Assembly (NCBI RefSeq): GCF_006345805.1
Contig: NC_043011.1
Location: 41,676,464-41,740,463 of the forward strand
Direction of reading: 5' to 3'
DNA length: 64,000 nucleotides
DNA from: Octopus sinensis
Taxonomy: Eukaryota
Under the pieces are notes generated by a model, which was not told where the DNA came from, did no database searches, and worked only from the letters and a program-made list of their open reading frames with translations. Positions 1-12,966 of the stretch are shown here, one piece after another. Every line of letters begins with the position of its first letter. Positions within the stretch are counted from its first letter, which is position 1. A program made the translations under genes and the position numbers.

Positions 1-177
1 ATATGAGCTTCATTAAGTTTCCATCTACAAAATTTACTCAGGACTTTAGTCAGTCTATGACTGGGATTGAACCTGAAACCATGTGGTTGGGAAGCAAACT
101 TCTTAACCACACAGCCACACCTACACCTTTAATACATACAAATAACTCATTCTTTTGTAATATTATTTTCAATTTTA

Positions 178-330
178 GGGTGGCAAGCTGGCAGAAACAT
201 TAGCATGGCGGGCGTGCCTTTCATCTTTTGGGGTCGATAAATTAAGTACCAGTCAAGTACTGGTGTCGATCTAATCGACTGGCCCCTCCCCCAAAATTTC
301 ATGCCTTGTGCCTAGAGTAGAAAAAAATAT
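178..330 (+). mobile_element. SINE family B (ggcgagctggcagaatcgttagc... head), internally deleted copy
   Basis: Head tggcaagctggcagaaacattagc, body gcctttcatcttttggggtcgataaattaagtaccag and tail gccttgtgcctagagtagaaaa recur in more than 15 copies in the window. Confidence 0.8.
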
Positions 331-810
331 TATTTTTACCATTTTGGGTTTTGTTTTTCCTAAATCTTTATTTTTTCCATCACTCATCAGTCACTGTTCC
401 CCTCTGTTCCTTTTGTCTTCCATTCCAGTATATTTTCCCCAGGCACAGCAACCAAAACAGCACCAATGCAACAGTGTTGTACCTTAATAGTACTTTAGTA
501 TTTTCCTACCATTTGTTCGGTATTGAGTTGAACGATTCCTATCCAAACAGCCATCAGATAAACCCAAAGACAGTCTCAGACATAAATTTGTTTCCTTCTG
601 TGTAATATTTATGCTTGTGTTTATGATGATGATGATGATGATGTCTTTTATCTAAAATTGTTTTCTTTGTTTATATGTCTAACTTTGTTTTATTTGTAGC
701 TTTCTTTGATTTGTTTTGTTTTTTTGTTTTTGTATCTTTCCATTTGTTTACCATAACTTAATATGTATGCATGTAAAAATTTGTGTGTATATATAAACAT
801 ATATACCCAG

Positions 811-1226
811 ACAAGGAGTGGCTGTATGGTAAGTAGCTTGCTAACCAACCACATGGTTCTGGGTTCAGTCCCACTGCGTGGCATCTTGGGCAAGTGTCTT
901 CTGCTATAGCCCCGGGCCGACCAATGCCTTGTGAGTGGATTTGGTAGACGGAAACTGAAAGAAGCCTGTCGTATATATGTATATATATATATATATATAA
1001 GTGTGTGTGTATATGTTTGTGTGTCTGTGTTTGTCCCCCTAGCATTGCTTGACAACCGATGCTGGTGTGTTTACGTCCCTGTCACTTAGCGGTTCGGCAA
1101 AAGAGACCGATAGAATAAGTACTGGGCTTACAAAGAATAAGTCCCGGGGTCGATTTGCTCGACTAAAAGCGGTGCTCCAGCATGGCCGCAGTCAAATGAC
1201 TGAAACATGTAAAAGAGAAAAGAGAG
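811..1226 (+). mobile_element. SINE family A (tRNA head, internal TA/TG microsatellite, aaaagag tail), young copy
   Basis: A-box tggctgtatggtaag, B-box gggttcagtcc, internal (TA)n(TG)n, 3' cagcatggccgcagtcaaatgactgaaac; CpGs retained. Confidence 0.9.
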
Positions 1227-1780
1227 AATATATCTGTATATATGAATGTGTAAATATATGTATATGTTTGTGTTTTACAATGTATGTATGTGTGTGTGTG
1301 TATACAGTATATATGTGTATATGAGTATATGTGTATGTGTTTTCAACTATATATATGTATCCCTGCTCCTGCTTCTTAATACTATTGTCTGGGTACATTT
1401 TTTTCGAAAGGTTTCCTTAAAGTTGAATACCATTAACTGGCAACAGATGTCTGTCTTTCTTCTCGTCTGTCTGTTTGCCACTCTCTCTCTTTCTCTCCAT
1501 AATGATCCCTTCCTATTATGATGTGACTTGGTTCGTTATATATGGGAACACTCACTCACATGTAGACCTGGTTCTGTAGTAAAAAAATTTGTTTCCCAAA
1601 CCCATCATTTCAAGTTCAATCACACTAAACAATACCTGAAGAAAGTGTCTGCCCAGGGCTGAGACCAAAGACATATGAGTGAATTTGGTTGATGGAAACT
1701 GAAAGAGGCCCATTGTATGTATATATATGTGTGTGTATGTGTGTGTGTATATATGTCTGTGTATATCTCTCTTTACTCTT

Positions 1781-2172
1781 TTATTTGTTTCAGTCATTTG
1801 ACTGCGGCCATGCTGGAGCACCGCCTTTAGTCGAGCAAATCGACCCCAGGACTTATTCTTTGTAAGCCCAGTACTTATTCTATCGGTCTCTTTTTGCCGA
1901 ACCGCTAAGTGACGGGGACGTAAGCACACCAGCATCGGTTGTCAAGCAATGCTAGGGGTACAAACACAGACACACAAACACACACACATACATATATATA
2001 TATACATATATACGACAGGCTTCTTTCAGTTTCCATCTACCAAATCCACTCACAAGGCATTGGTCGGCCCGGGGCTATAGCAGAAGACACTTGCCCAAGA
2101 TGCCACGCAGTGGGACTGAACCCGGAACCATGTGGTTGGTTAGCAAGCTACTTACCACACAGCCACTCCTGC
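1781..2172 (-). mobile_element. SINE family A, young copy inverted relative to 811-1226
   Basis: Reverse complement of 811-1226, sharing the variants ccaatgcc and ccctagcattgc. Confidence 0.9.
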
Positions 2173-2243
2173 GCCATGTATTTGGTCTACTGTGTTTGTT
2201 TATAATCTCTGAAGGCCACTCACTGTTACGTATATAAATCTTC

Positions 2244-2634
2244 AGGTGTGGTTGTGTGGTGGGAAACTTGCTTCCCAATCACATGGTTCTGGGTTCAGTT
2301 CCACTGTGTGGCACCTTGGGCAAGTGTCTTCGACTATAGCCTCTGACCAACTAAAGCCTTGTTAGTGGATATGGTGGATGGAAACTGAAAGAAGCCCATC
2401 GTATGTATGCATATGCGTCGCTGTATCTGTGTTTGTCCTCCACCACTGCTTGACAATCAGTGTTTGTGTGTTTGTTTCTGTAATTTAGCAGTTAGGCAAA
2501 AAGAGACTGACAGAATAGGTACCAGGCTTAAAAACATAACTCCTGGGGTCAATTTATTTGACTGAAATCTCTTCAAGGCAGTGGTGCACCAGCATGGCCA
2601 CAGTCTAGTGACTGAAACAAGTAAAAAATAAAAG
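2244..2634 (+). mobile_element. SINE family A, older copy
   Basis: Same head, body and tail with more divergence. Confidence 0.85.
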
Positions 2635-2653
2635 ATGTGTGTGTGTGTATATG

Positions 2654-3054
2654 CACAGGAGTGGCTGTGTGGTAAGTAGCTTGTTTACCAACCACATGGT
2701 TCCAAGTTCAGTCCCACTACATGGCACCTTGGGCAAGTGCCCTCTACTATAGCCTCAGTCCAACCAAAGCCTTGTGAGTGGATTTGGTAGATGGAAACTG
2801 AAAGAAGCCTGTCGAATGTGTGTGTGTGTATATATATATATATATGTATATGTATGTTTGTGTGTTTGTCCCCACCAACATCGCCTGACAACCGATGCTG
2901 GTGTGTTTATATCCTCATAACTTAGCAGTTTGGCAAAAAGGGACTGATAAAGTAAGTACTAGGCTTACAAAGAATAAGTTCTAGGGTCAATTTGCTCGAC
3001 TAAAGGCTGTGCTCCAGCATGGCTGCAGTCAAATGACCGAAACAAATAAAAGAA
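2654..3054 (+). mobile_element. SINE family A
   Basis: Full-length copy directly behind the previous one. Confidence 0.88.
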
Positions 3055-3920
3055 TGTATACACGTGTGTCTTTAGGTTGATGGTACCGAAAAATTGGTGC
3101 TGTTGTTTATCTGCCATAACTTAGCAGTTCAACATAAAAATTGATAAAATAAGTACCACTATTGAAAATGGGGTGACAAACACACACACACACACATATT
3201 TATCTTCTCTACTGCAAGATGCTTCGTTGTCACATTCTATTCATATTCTAACCTTTCATTTTCCGGCACAAAGCCGCCTTCCATGATACTACTCAGACTT
3301 TCATTTGAGTTGGGGGGGGGCTTCTCTTACAAGTTATTTGGTGACCTCACTGCAGCAGGTGTCACATGAAAAGCACACAGTGCCACTCTGTAAAGTGATT
3401 GAGTGTTAGGAAAGGCACCAAACTGTAGAAACCATACCAAAGCAGACGGCAGGGCTTGGCGCAGTCTTCTGTCTTGTCAGTTCCTGGCAAACTGTCCAAC
3501 CCATGACAGCATGAAAAACGGATGTTAAACGATGATGATTTATGACATGCTTCCACACAGTTTCCAAATTCACTCACAACACACTGGTTAGCTCGGGGCT
3601 GTAGTAGAAGACACTTGCTCAGGGTACCACACAGTGGGACTGAACCTGGAATTATGTGGTTGTAACACAAGCTTTTTAATGACACAACAATGACACAACC
3701 ACACTTGTGCCTATATATGCTAATTTCTGATTTCTGTTTCTTCCCATACTGGCACCAGTTAAATTGTGTGTGTGTGTGGGGGGGTATGTTGTTTTGTTTT
3801 AAAGCATATCATCACTTGTCTTAATATTTTGTCATCTGTTTTACATCTTGTAACTGGATCTCATTTGAAATTCCATAACTTTCTGCAGATATCAGCTATA
3901 TATTACTTAAACAACTGCTA

Positions 3921-4011
3921 TTAATCGGAGCCTTGTTCTTCAGCTTCACATAATACATATTGACAAGCTGCGAAATCTAATACATGCAGCAATGGAGACA
4001 CAGTACGTAAC
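3921..4011 (-). other. Candidate terminal exon (LRTVSPLLHVLDFAACQYVLCEAEEQGSD*)
   Basis: Acceptor ctttttaag|G at 4012, 29 open codons then TAA, in non-repetitive DNA; no protein recognised. Confidence 0.25.
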
Positions 4012-4616
4012 CTTAAAAAGTGCATTGTTATCAACAAATACTTATTATTGAATGAATTCTAACATTTCCTGTAGAGGACAGACAACTGTTTTATTCAGAC
4101 ATTGATTAAAAGCAAAATAATCCTGCCGCATTTATTGTATATAATTATATATAATATTATGTATGTGTGTGAATAATATTAGATATGTCTTTATTTATGT
4201 ATCACCATAGCTTTGCTTTAACAATTGCTTTTCCTTGCTTGCTTAGGACAGATGGAAACTCAAGATGTATGTGTATATACATGTGTGTATGTAACTTTGA
4301 AAATAAGGAAGAATTTAGGAATATTATTTTGACATTATTAAGGGTGGTGTTTAGAACATAAATTAACATGAAATTTTGATGGGAGGTTTTCATTTTGATA
4401 ATTTTTAAACTGGGAATTTGTATCATAGAATCAGGAGTGGTCTCAGACAGGTTAGTATCAAAAGGGTTAATGCTTTTTCAGATAAGAATTGGCAAGAAAT
4501 GGTTTACATTCATTGTAACTTCAGTGCTACCATTATGTCATGTATGGATCAATTATCTTTGGTCATTTTGTCTGACATCTTAGCCAGCAAAGAGAGCTGT
4601 GTCTATACTCAGAGTT

Positions 4617-4822
4617 ATGTATCTTTTATTAGTTTCAGTCATTAGACTGTGGCCATGCTGGGGCACCATCTTGAAGAATTTTAGTCAAACGAATCAACCC
4701 TAACACTTTTTTTTTTAAAGCCTGGTATTTATTCCCTCTCTCTCTTTTGATTGAACTGCTAAGTTACAATGATGGAAACACACCAACACCAGTTGCCAAG
4801 TAGTGGTGGACAAACACAGACT

Positions 4823-4886
<64 letters not shown>

Positions 4887-5030
4887 TACATACACACATG
4901 ATGATGGGCCTTTCAGTTTTTGTCTACCAAATCCACTAACAAAATATTGGTCAGTTCAAAGCTATAGTAGAAGACACTTGCCCAAGGTGGGACTGAACTC
5001 AGAACCATGTGGTTGGGAATCAAGCCATAC
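4617..5030 (-). mobile_element. SINE family A
   Basis: Reverse complement of the family A pattern with internal (TA)n. Confidence 0.85.
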
Positions 5031-5419
5031 CTGTATGTGTATACTTAGTTATGTATGTGTATTTATGCTATTCTGTTGTATATGATATTTTCAGATACTC
5101 ACAACTGATGTTTCATTTTGTTGCCACTCTATAATACTATGGGTCAACCTTGCCTCACCACCCTGGGTCACATGTTTCTGCTTGAAAATTATGTTAAGGC
5201 AGTAACTTCGACCCTTTGTCACCATACAGTACACAGAGAGAATATTTTAAAATATTGCTGTACACCTTGCCCCCTGATAACTAACCCCCAAACATCCTAA
5301 GAAGTCATATAATAACACAGAAAAAATTATTAAATTATCTATCGCAAACTAGTAATACGTGTAAACAGCGAGGCATAATTAAATGTTTGTTACTAAATTA
5401 ATGAGACAGCTGACTTTGA

Positions 5420-5900
5420 TGTAATTAATAAATTTAATTTAGTCTTGGTGGAATATTTTGACAAAGTGTTGCATAGTTCAGCCTTCACTGATAATAGACA
5501 ATGTCATTTCTTCGTTTTGATGTTTGTTGATAATGAAAATGCCAACTTGCATAAATAAATAGGTGATAGAAAAGGGTAGGAATGCATTTAAAGACTCTTG
5601 TGTAATTTCTCCACATTCCTTTTATTTTGATATCCAAAAGGCGCCAATCAATAGTTCTACTAAAAATTTTGATTCCGATGAAATGTTGCAGGATGTGTCA
5701 GTCATTTGGTTTTGCTGTTCTGCAGCAGTGGGGTTAGTTCTTTGGTGCAGATCCACAAAGAACGGTGCACATATTCATTGAAGATTCATGGTGGGAAGAG
5801 AAAGAAAATAGCGAATTTCGGAACTGCATTTACAGATTCTCACATTGATGCCTGTAATACTTTGGTATGGTCAATAGCACCAGAATTGCTAAAACAGAAA
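5420..5900 (-). pseudogene. Decayed hAT (Buster/Charlie-type) transposase C-terminus
   Basis: Minus strand reads FWISK*KECGEITQESLNAFLPFSITYL, then after a frameshift YLCKLAFSLSTNIKTKK*HCLLSVKAEL. This matches the hAT dimerisation motif LLPFxTTYLCExxFSxLxxIKTKxRNRL. Confidence 0.8.
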
Positions 5901-7579
5901 CCTACCAAAATCTAACTTCTGAATGATTTTTTTTTTTTTTCTAAGACATCAAATTTCTGGAGTATATATTTGTCTTGCTTCTTGAAATAGATCTTCCTGT
6001 TTTCCCTGCATTGACCCATTAACCCTTTTGTTACCAAATTTCTGTTGAAATACACTGCCTTTATTTCAATTAATCCAAGAAATATTGAAGAATTTTGTAA
6101 ATTAACTACCCTTATTAAATTGATTCTTGGAACGTAACTTCAAACTTTGGTGGAAGGTTTCTGTTCAGATCAAATCGAAACAAGAAGTTTGTATTTGAAT
6201 AGAAATTTGGCAAAATGCTATCTTTCCACAACCATTTATATTCTCACCTCTATTGCAAAGAGCCTCTATTCTTGATGTTTTTTCGACCAACATGAAAGGT
6301 TTTATTGCATGATGCATTAAATACATTGATGTAATGTATTGTTCTACAGTGGAACCATCGTTGTCTCTTCTACCACTTCATGGTTTAGCATTGTTGATGC
6401 AGTTTATTTACAGGCTGCAAGAATTAATGTGTAACCAATAGCATGAGCCTTCATTGACATGGTAATTATCTGTTACACCTTGTGTGATATTGGGACAATC
6501 CCAATTGAAAACTATTGCTTAGTTAATCACTCTCTCACCTGTACATCTATTACTTTCTGTCAGTTGGTAGAAGTGTTCCATTTTCTTATTCTTCAAGTGG
6601 TTCTGGTACTTTTCAAAATATCTTAAATTTTCTTGGAGCCTTCACTTCATCAGTGAAAAACTGGTAACAAATGATGTATTTAGGAAGAAGTGAAGCCAGT
6701 TCAAAAGTAGGAGGGGTAATAATGATAGGTGCCAGCATGGGTATGTGGTTAAAATGTTTGCTTTCCAATTATGTGGTTTCAGGTTCAATCTCTCTGTGTA
6801 GCATTTTGGGCAAGTATCTTCATTTATAGCCCTAGGCTAACCAAAGAACCTATTGATTGATTTGGTAGACAGAAACTGAAAGAAAAAAAACTATCATATG
6901 CATATGTATACACACACACACAAATGGTTTGTGTCCCTACTCATTTTGACATAACAATACTGTAGTGGATGAGTGTCCTCCATAAAAACATGCCTGACCA
7001 TCGGGAAATATTATCCTGATTTGGGGAGGCTTGACAACAGGGAGGGCATAGAAAATCTACTTCAATGAATTCCATCTAACCCATACAAGCATGGAAAAGT
7101 GGATATTAAAACAATGATTGATGCTGTCATTATTATCTCAATGAGAGAGAGAATGTGTGAATGTATGTATAAATTTATGATTATTAATATTGAGTTCCCC
7201 AATTAACACAAGGCCTGCCTCAAGCCTGGAGGAAGGGAATAATCAATTACATCAGTATCAGTACGTGACTGGTACTTTTCTCTAACGACCTCACAGGGGT
7301 GAAAGGCAAAATTGGTTTCAGTGGGATTTGAACTCAGAACATAAAGAATCAATTCAACGACTGCAAAATATTTTGTTCACCATTTTAACAATTCTGACAA
7401 ACCAATGCCCTGCACTAGATTGCTACCATGTTTTATCAATCTCCACCCTGCCAAAAGCAAAGTTGGTCTCCATTTTGAAGATAGCAAAGGATTTAGTAAA
7501 ATAATTTTATCACTTTAACCTTTTTGTTACCATATTTCTGGTGAAATACATTGCTTTTGTTTGTAAAATAACTGTTATT

Positions 7580-8150
7580 ATTAAAAGCACCCCAGTGTTT
7601 ACTCAAATGGCACCCGTGCCGCTGGCACATAAAAGCATCCATTTCACTCTCAGAGTGGTTGACATTTTCTCTAGAAAAACGACGACGCTGTGGTGATCTC
7701 ATTTTTGCTCACAACATAAGTGGAAAGTGTAACCTCTCAAAAGAACTGTTCTTCACTCCTGCTCCAGAGCGTCGGCTGCAGGGTCACTCCGAAAAGCTCT
7801 ATCTGCAACGATTTCATCTCAATCCAAGGAGAGGGGCTTTCTCCGTCCTGGTTCCGGAACCGTGGAATAAGATGCCAATGACCGCTCGGTTCAAAGTCTC
7901 TCTTGACCAGAAATGGCCTGAACCCTTTGCATGAACATCCTCCCTGTACATAACTCCATGTCCCCCTACATGGCCTTGCTTTTTGCTTTTTGAACCAAAA
8001 AATTAACTTATTAGGAAGGCCATCCTGCTGTAGAAAACCATGCCAAATCACACTGGAGCCTGGTGCAACTGTCCAGCATGCCAGCCCGGTCAAACTGTCC
8101 AACCCATGCCAGCGTGGACAATGGATGTTAAATGATGATGATGATGATGA
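7580..8150 (+). mobile_element. RTE-type 3' end with (GAT)n tail, interrupted by a CR1 fragment
   Basis: gagtggttgac...[insert]...attaggaaggccatcc...ccaacccatgccagcgtggacaatggatgttaaatgatgatg. Confidence 0.75.
7659..8010 (+). mobile_element. CR1-clade LINE 3' fragment (ORF2 C-terminus and 3'UTR)
   Basis: FSLEKRRRCGDLI...LQGHSEKL...FSVLVPEPWNKMP...FKVSLDQKW matches the CR1 motif FSLEKRRLRGDLI..TRGH..KL..FFS.RVV..WN.LP..FK..LD. Confidence 0.88.
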
Positions 8151-9499
8151 TTATTAAGTTAATGTTTGGAACATAAATTAACATATTTAACATGAAATTC
8201 AGGCAAATAGCTTACGTGTATGCAAGCAATTGGTGATTTGGATAATGAAAGTAGGAAAATAGCCAATTTAGGTGAACAAATATGGTGGTTATCTGTTACA
8301 CCTTGTGTGATATTAGGAGAATCCCAATTAGAAGCAATTACTTAGAAAGGCCTATTATTATCATTATTCTCGTTCTCTTTTTTACTTCTTTTTTTTTTTT
8401 TATTAATCTGTGATTCTGTCCATTAGTTTGCCTGCAAGGAACAAATACAGTATTTGAAAGAAAGGTCTATTGGTATGCTCCTGAACTTTTTCTGGGGTGA
8501 CCCTGCCCATAACTTTGCCTGAAATTGTTATTCTTAAGCTGTATATGTCACTATTTTTTGCTCAGGGGCCCAGGTGGAGGATAAAGTTAAAGTCGGGCCC
8601 AGATCTGAGAGGGTTAATACACTCAAGGGAACTCTACTTGTTACAAGAATCTGCTGAGTTGACCTGAAATAGCCATTAGTGTTTTTTTTTAATGTCTGCC
8701 TTTCCATGTTTACATATGTTAGATGGGAGATTTTGAGGTAAGGGTTTATGTTTAATAGCCAGGTCCCCTTTCTGATTGCTAACCCTTTTTTGATAAGAGC
8801 ATTGGTACTGAAATGTAGGCCCTTGCATCACTGATTTCTCGGTTAACAAAAATTATATCATTATTTTATTGAGTTCTATTTCTCTCATTCATAAAACCAA
8901 AGTTATATAGACATACATACATGTGTGTGTATCAATGTCAGTAATCAGGAGTGAAATATAAATTCAATAACTCTTTAACCATTCTTCAGAACTACTTGCA
9001 AAATAATAATAATAATAATAATAATATTTATTTTCTCTTGTTTTTTTTGGCCCACATTACAGCTACCCCCCCTTCTCCAAACAACCACTGCTTAATAACA
9101 TAAATAACAAAAATAATGATGTATATAATGTGTTGTTTAATAAACAAAATGTATCCTTTGATCAGCAGTTCAATATTTTTGTGGATGTTAATGGAATATA
9201 GGGAGGTTGGCCATCAGAAAATTCTGCAGTGGCGATGGTGATGGCAGCAGTTATGATGATGATGATGATGATGTGAGTGATGGTGGTAGTAATGACAGTG
9301 GCAGTGATGGTAATGATATTGGTAGTTGCAGTGGTGTTGGTAGTAGTAGTAGTAGTAGTAATGATGGGGGTAGTAGTGGTGGCAGTGGTGAGGGTGGTAC
9401 CAATAGTAGTTGTTGTTGTTAGTGGAGGTCAGGTCACTTATGTCTGTATTAAGCCCAGGATGTGTCTCCACATCTGTAAGGTCTTAACTCTAAAACTCT

Positions 9500-10000
9500 C
9501 ATCTTTTGGTGAATGAAGATCATACGACCCCACTTAACTTATGTCCCAGATGGAGTCACAAAGGTGCTATTCTGACATATTGTACAACAACCTCCATCTG
9601 ATGTGGTTATGTACCAGAACCCAGATCTCTTCTAATGCCTTATCTGTGTCCATTCCTTGACTTTGTCCATCCATCCTTACCTCTGTCTACCTCTCTTTTC
9701 CCTTCCACAGTTCCTTAAAGAATGGTCTTTGCAAGGATCTAGTTACATGGCCATACCATCTCTACTTCCTTTTCTTTTTCATTGTGAGAAGACTTCCATA
9801 GAGGCCAAGGGTATGCTGGATGGTTTCACAAGCCCACTCATGATATGATCCAATGACAAGATGTCTAAAATGTTGTGATAGCTCTCCTATCCTCTGCCTC
9901 TATCTTTCTCTGTACCTCTGCAAGGCTACCAAAATATGGAGAGTGCCAGTCATATAGGAGTGTGATTTTCACCCCTATTGTCTGTGTGGCTCTTGCAGGG
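9500..10000 (-). mobile_element. Degenerate RTE-clade LINE 3' coding remnant
   Basis: Minus strand near 9660-9710 reads GKEKRGRQR*GWMDKVKEW, resembling the RTE motif G.R.RGRQR..W.D.IKEW; many stops. Confidence 0.55.
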
Positions 10001-10581
10001 ATTTCAGATTTTGATTGCTTATCATGAATAATTTCTCATGGGTCTTTGTCATGTTGGGCTTCCACCAGTCAAAGTTGACCATTCATCCACACACACACAG
10101 ACAGACATCCTGGACCACATCCAGAAAAGGGCCACTTGATTGATTGGTATTCCATCACTAACAGACATCGTCTGGTCCCTGGACCACAGACATACTGTAT
10201 CTCCTCTCTCTGCCTTCTCTACCACTACTATAATGACCTCTGCTCCTTGGAGCTAGCTGACTTCAACTCAACTTCATTCAGATATCTCCTATCCTACTTG
10301 TCTCTTCTCCTCCCCACCATCCTTGCTGTATCCATCAACCTCGAAAACCTGCCATAGTCCATACTGGCTTTCATCCTTTTGGAGACTCGCTACATTAAAG
10401 TACCAGTCATACATGTGGGTTCATAAAATCAACTACAGCCTCTCCTCCATACAATTGAGGTTTCTTACTCTTCTGTCATTCATAAGGTATTCTTCACTGT
10501 TTTAATATTCCAGCCAGACCCTTAGCCTGAATTTTCTTTTAGGGAACTGCACCAAAAAAAAAAAAAAGTAAAACAAGTTGT

Positions 10582-10754
10582 AGGCGTAGGAGTGACTGTG
10601 TGGTAAGTAGCTTGCTTATGAACCACATGGTTCCGGGTTCAGTCCCACTGCGTGGCATCTTGGGCTAGTGTCTTCTACTATAGCCTCGGGCCAACCAAAG
10701 CCTTGTGAGTGGATTTGGTAGACGGAAACTGAAAGAAGCCCGTCGTATATATAT

Positions 10755-10813
<59 letters not shown>

Positions 10814-11020
10814 TTGTGTGTTGTGTTTGTCGTCCCCCAAACATCGCTTGACAACCGATGCTGGTTTGTTTACGTCTCCGTAACTTAGCGGTTCGGCAAA
10901 AGAGACCGATAGAATAAGTACTAGGCTTACAAAGAATGAGTCCTGGGGTCGATTTCTTCGACTAAAGGCGGTGCTCCAGCATGGCCACAGTCAAATGACT
11001 GAAACAAGTAAAAGAGTATG
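10582..11020 (+). mobile_element. SINE family A, young copy
   Basis: Full head, internal TA array and tail; CpGs retained. Confidence 0.9.
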
Positions 11021-11339
11021 AGTAAGTAAACTCAAGCAAATTTATTATATTGATACAAGGAAAGCCAATGAGGGCTGCTGGAAGGTTGCCTGGGGGCCAC
11101 ATGCAGCCCTGAGAGCTGTGGTTGACAATAGCTGATCTATATGGACATTTGCAGGTTGTTGTTGCAAGGGTCAATGTTATTGCTGTGATTGTTGCTGTGG
11201 TGGTTATCACTTCTGTTGTTGTTGTTGTTACAGTTTTTCGAAAGTCGATATCGATGTTGTTGTTGTTGTTAGTGCAAGGGTCAATATTATTTTTGCGGTG
11301 GTGGTTGTTGTTGTTGCTGCTGTTGCAGTTGTGGCTGTT

Positions 11340-11439
11340 NNNNNNNNNNNNNNNNNNNNNNNNNNNNNNNNNNNNNNNNNNNNNNNNNNNNNNNNNNNNN
11401 NNNNNNNNNNNNNNNNNNNNNNNNNNNNNNNNNNNNNNN
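11340..11439. other. Assembly gap (100 N)
   Basis: Run of N bordered on the higher-coordinate side by unique DNA and on the lower side by a (GTT)n tract. Confidence 1.
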
Positions 11440-11726
11440 TACGCACACACATGTAATCATTTTTGTCTGTGAATAATCCAAAGAGATCATTGACATAGTC
11501 TTGCATAACCAATATTATCAGTCAAGTAATTTCATAATGTTCATTCATAATATATGTGTGTATGTATTATTATTGTTGTTGTTGTTGTGCACTTAAGTTA
11601 AAATAAATTTCTGAATGAATCGACTGTTAAATTTTTCTCCATAAGAATCTGATTTTAAAACCTCATTAAAATACAGGACACTGGATTAGAACCCTGCACC
11701 TGTTGCTTGACATCCTGTAACAATTT

Positions 11727-11802
11727 TTCTTTGTCTTCTTCTTCCTAGTGTTCTTCTTCTTCTGTGTCATCCTCTTCTTCTTCTTCTTCTTCCCCTTCTT
11801 CT

Positions 11803-11834
<32 letters not shown>

Positions 11835-12200
11835 TTCCCCTTCTTCTTCTTCTTCTTCTTCTTCTTCTTCCCCTTCTTCTTCTTCCCCTTCTTCTTCTTC
11901 TTCTTCTTCTTCTTCCCCTTCTTCTTCTTCTTCTTCTTCTTCGGCTTCTTCTTCTCCTTCCTGCTCTTCTTCTTCTTCTTCTTCCCCTTCTTCCTCCTCT
12001 TCTTCTTCCCCTTTTTCTTCCTGGCCTTCTTCTTTTTCTTCTTCCTGCCCTTCTTCTTCTTCTTCCTGCCCTTCTTCTTCTTCCTGCCCTTCTTCTTCTT
12101 CTTCTTCTTCTTCCCCTTCTTCTTCTTCCCCTTCTTCTTCTTCCTCCTCTTCTTCATCTTCCTTTTCTTCTTCTTCTTCTCCTCCTCCCCCCTCCTCCTC
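11727..12200. repeat. Long compound (CTT/GAA)n polypurine-polypyrimidine tract
   Basis: About 470 bp of CTT triplets punctuated by CCC, CTG and GGC. Confidence 0.95.
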
Positions 12201-12654
12201 ATTATTATTATACCATGTCTTCACTTTTTCAACTACTCTAGATTATATATATGTGTGTGTGTGTATGTCTATGTTTTTGCGTGTGTATTCATATATGTGT
12301 GTGTGTGTGTGTGTGTATGTATTATTATTTAGTATTGTTAATCAAATTATTGGAAAACGACAAAACATTTACTGATGGTGAGACTCCATATATTTGCTGT
12401 TAAACACAAAAAGCTTGAAATCCTGGTCGATCCACCACACACACACACACACTGATGTCAGGAAGGGCATCTTGCCATAAAAGCCTGCCTCTAAAATGTA
12501 ACCTGACCCAAAATGGAATGGTGAGTGTTGAAGCACAGTGATGGAATAAGAGAAAAATATCAGGGGGCATGCCCTGACGTTGGGTAAATCAGCCCTCTTA
12601 GCAAAGGGTTAATTTATCCCTGTGCCTCAAGGGTAAATCCAAGGGTACAACTGA

Positions 12655-12779
12655 CTAATAGGAGTAAGCTGGAGATAAAATGGAAGAAAGCAGTAAGGAA
12701 AACCATTTCTGTATGTCTTTCTCAGGAAAAATCATGGAATCTTCAGATTTTGGTACGGAGCTTCCTTGATCATTAACAC
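12655..12779 (-). other. Candidate exon with a strong acceptor
   Basis: atttctttctttcctcctatgctatacccacag|GTGTT at 12780; frames GVNDQGSSVPKSEDSMIFPEKDIQKW... or VLMIKEAPYQNLKIP*; only a weak donor (TG|gttttc, 12703). Confidence 0.35.
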
Positions 12780-12838
12780 CTGTGGGTATAGCATAGGAGG
12801 AAAGAAAGAAATGTGTGTACGTATACATATGTCTGTCC

Positions 12839-12884
<46 letters not shown>

Positions 12885-12894
12885 GTATATGTAT

Positions 12895-12953
<59 letters not shown>

Positions 12954-12966
12954 ATGTACTGATCTG

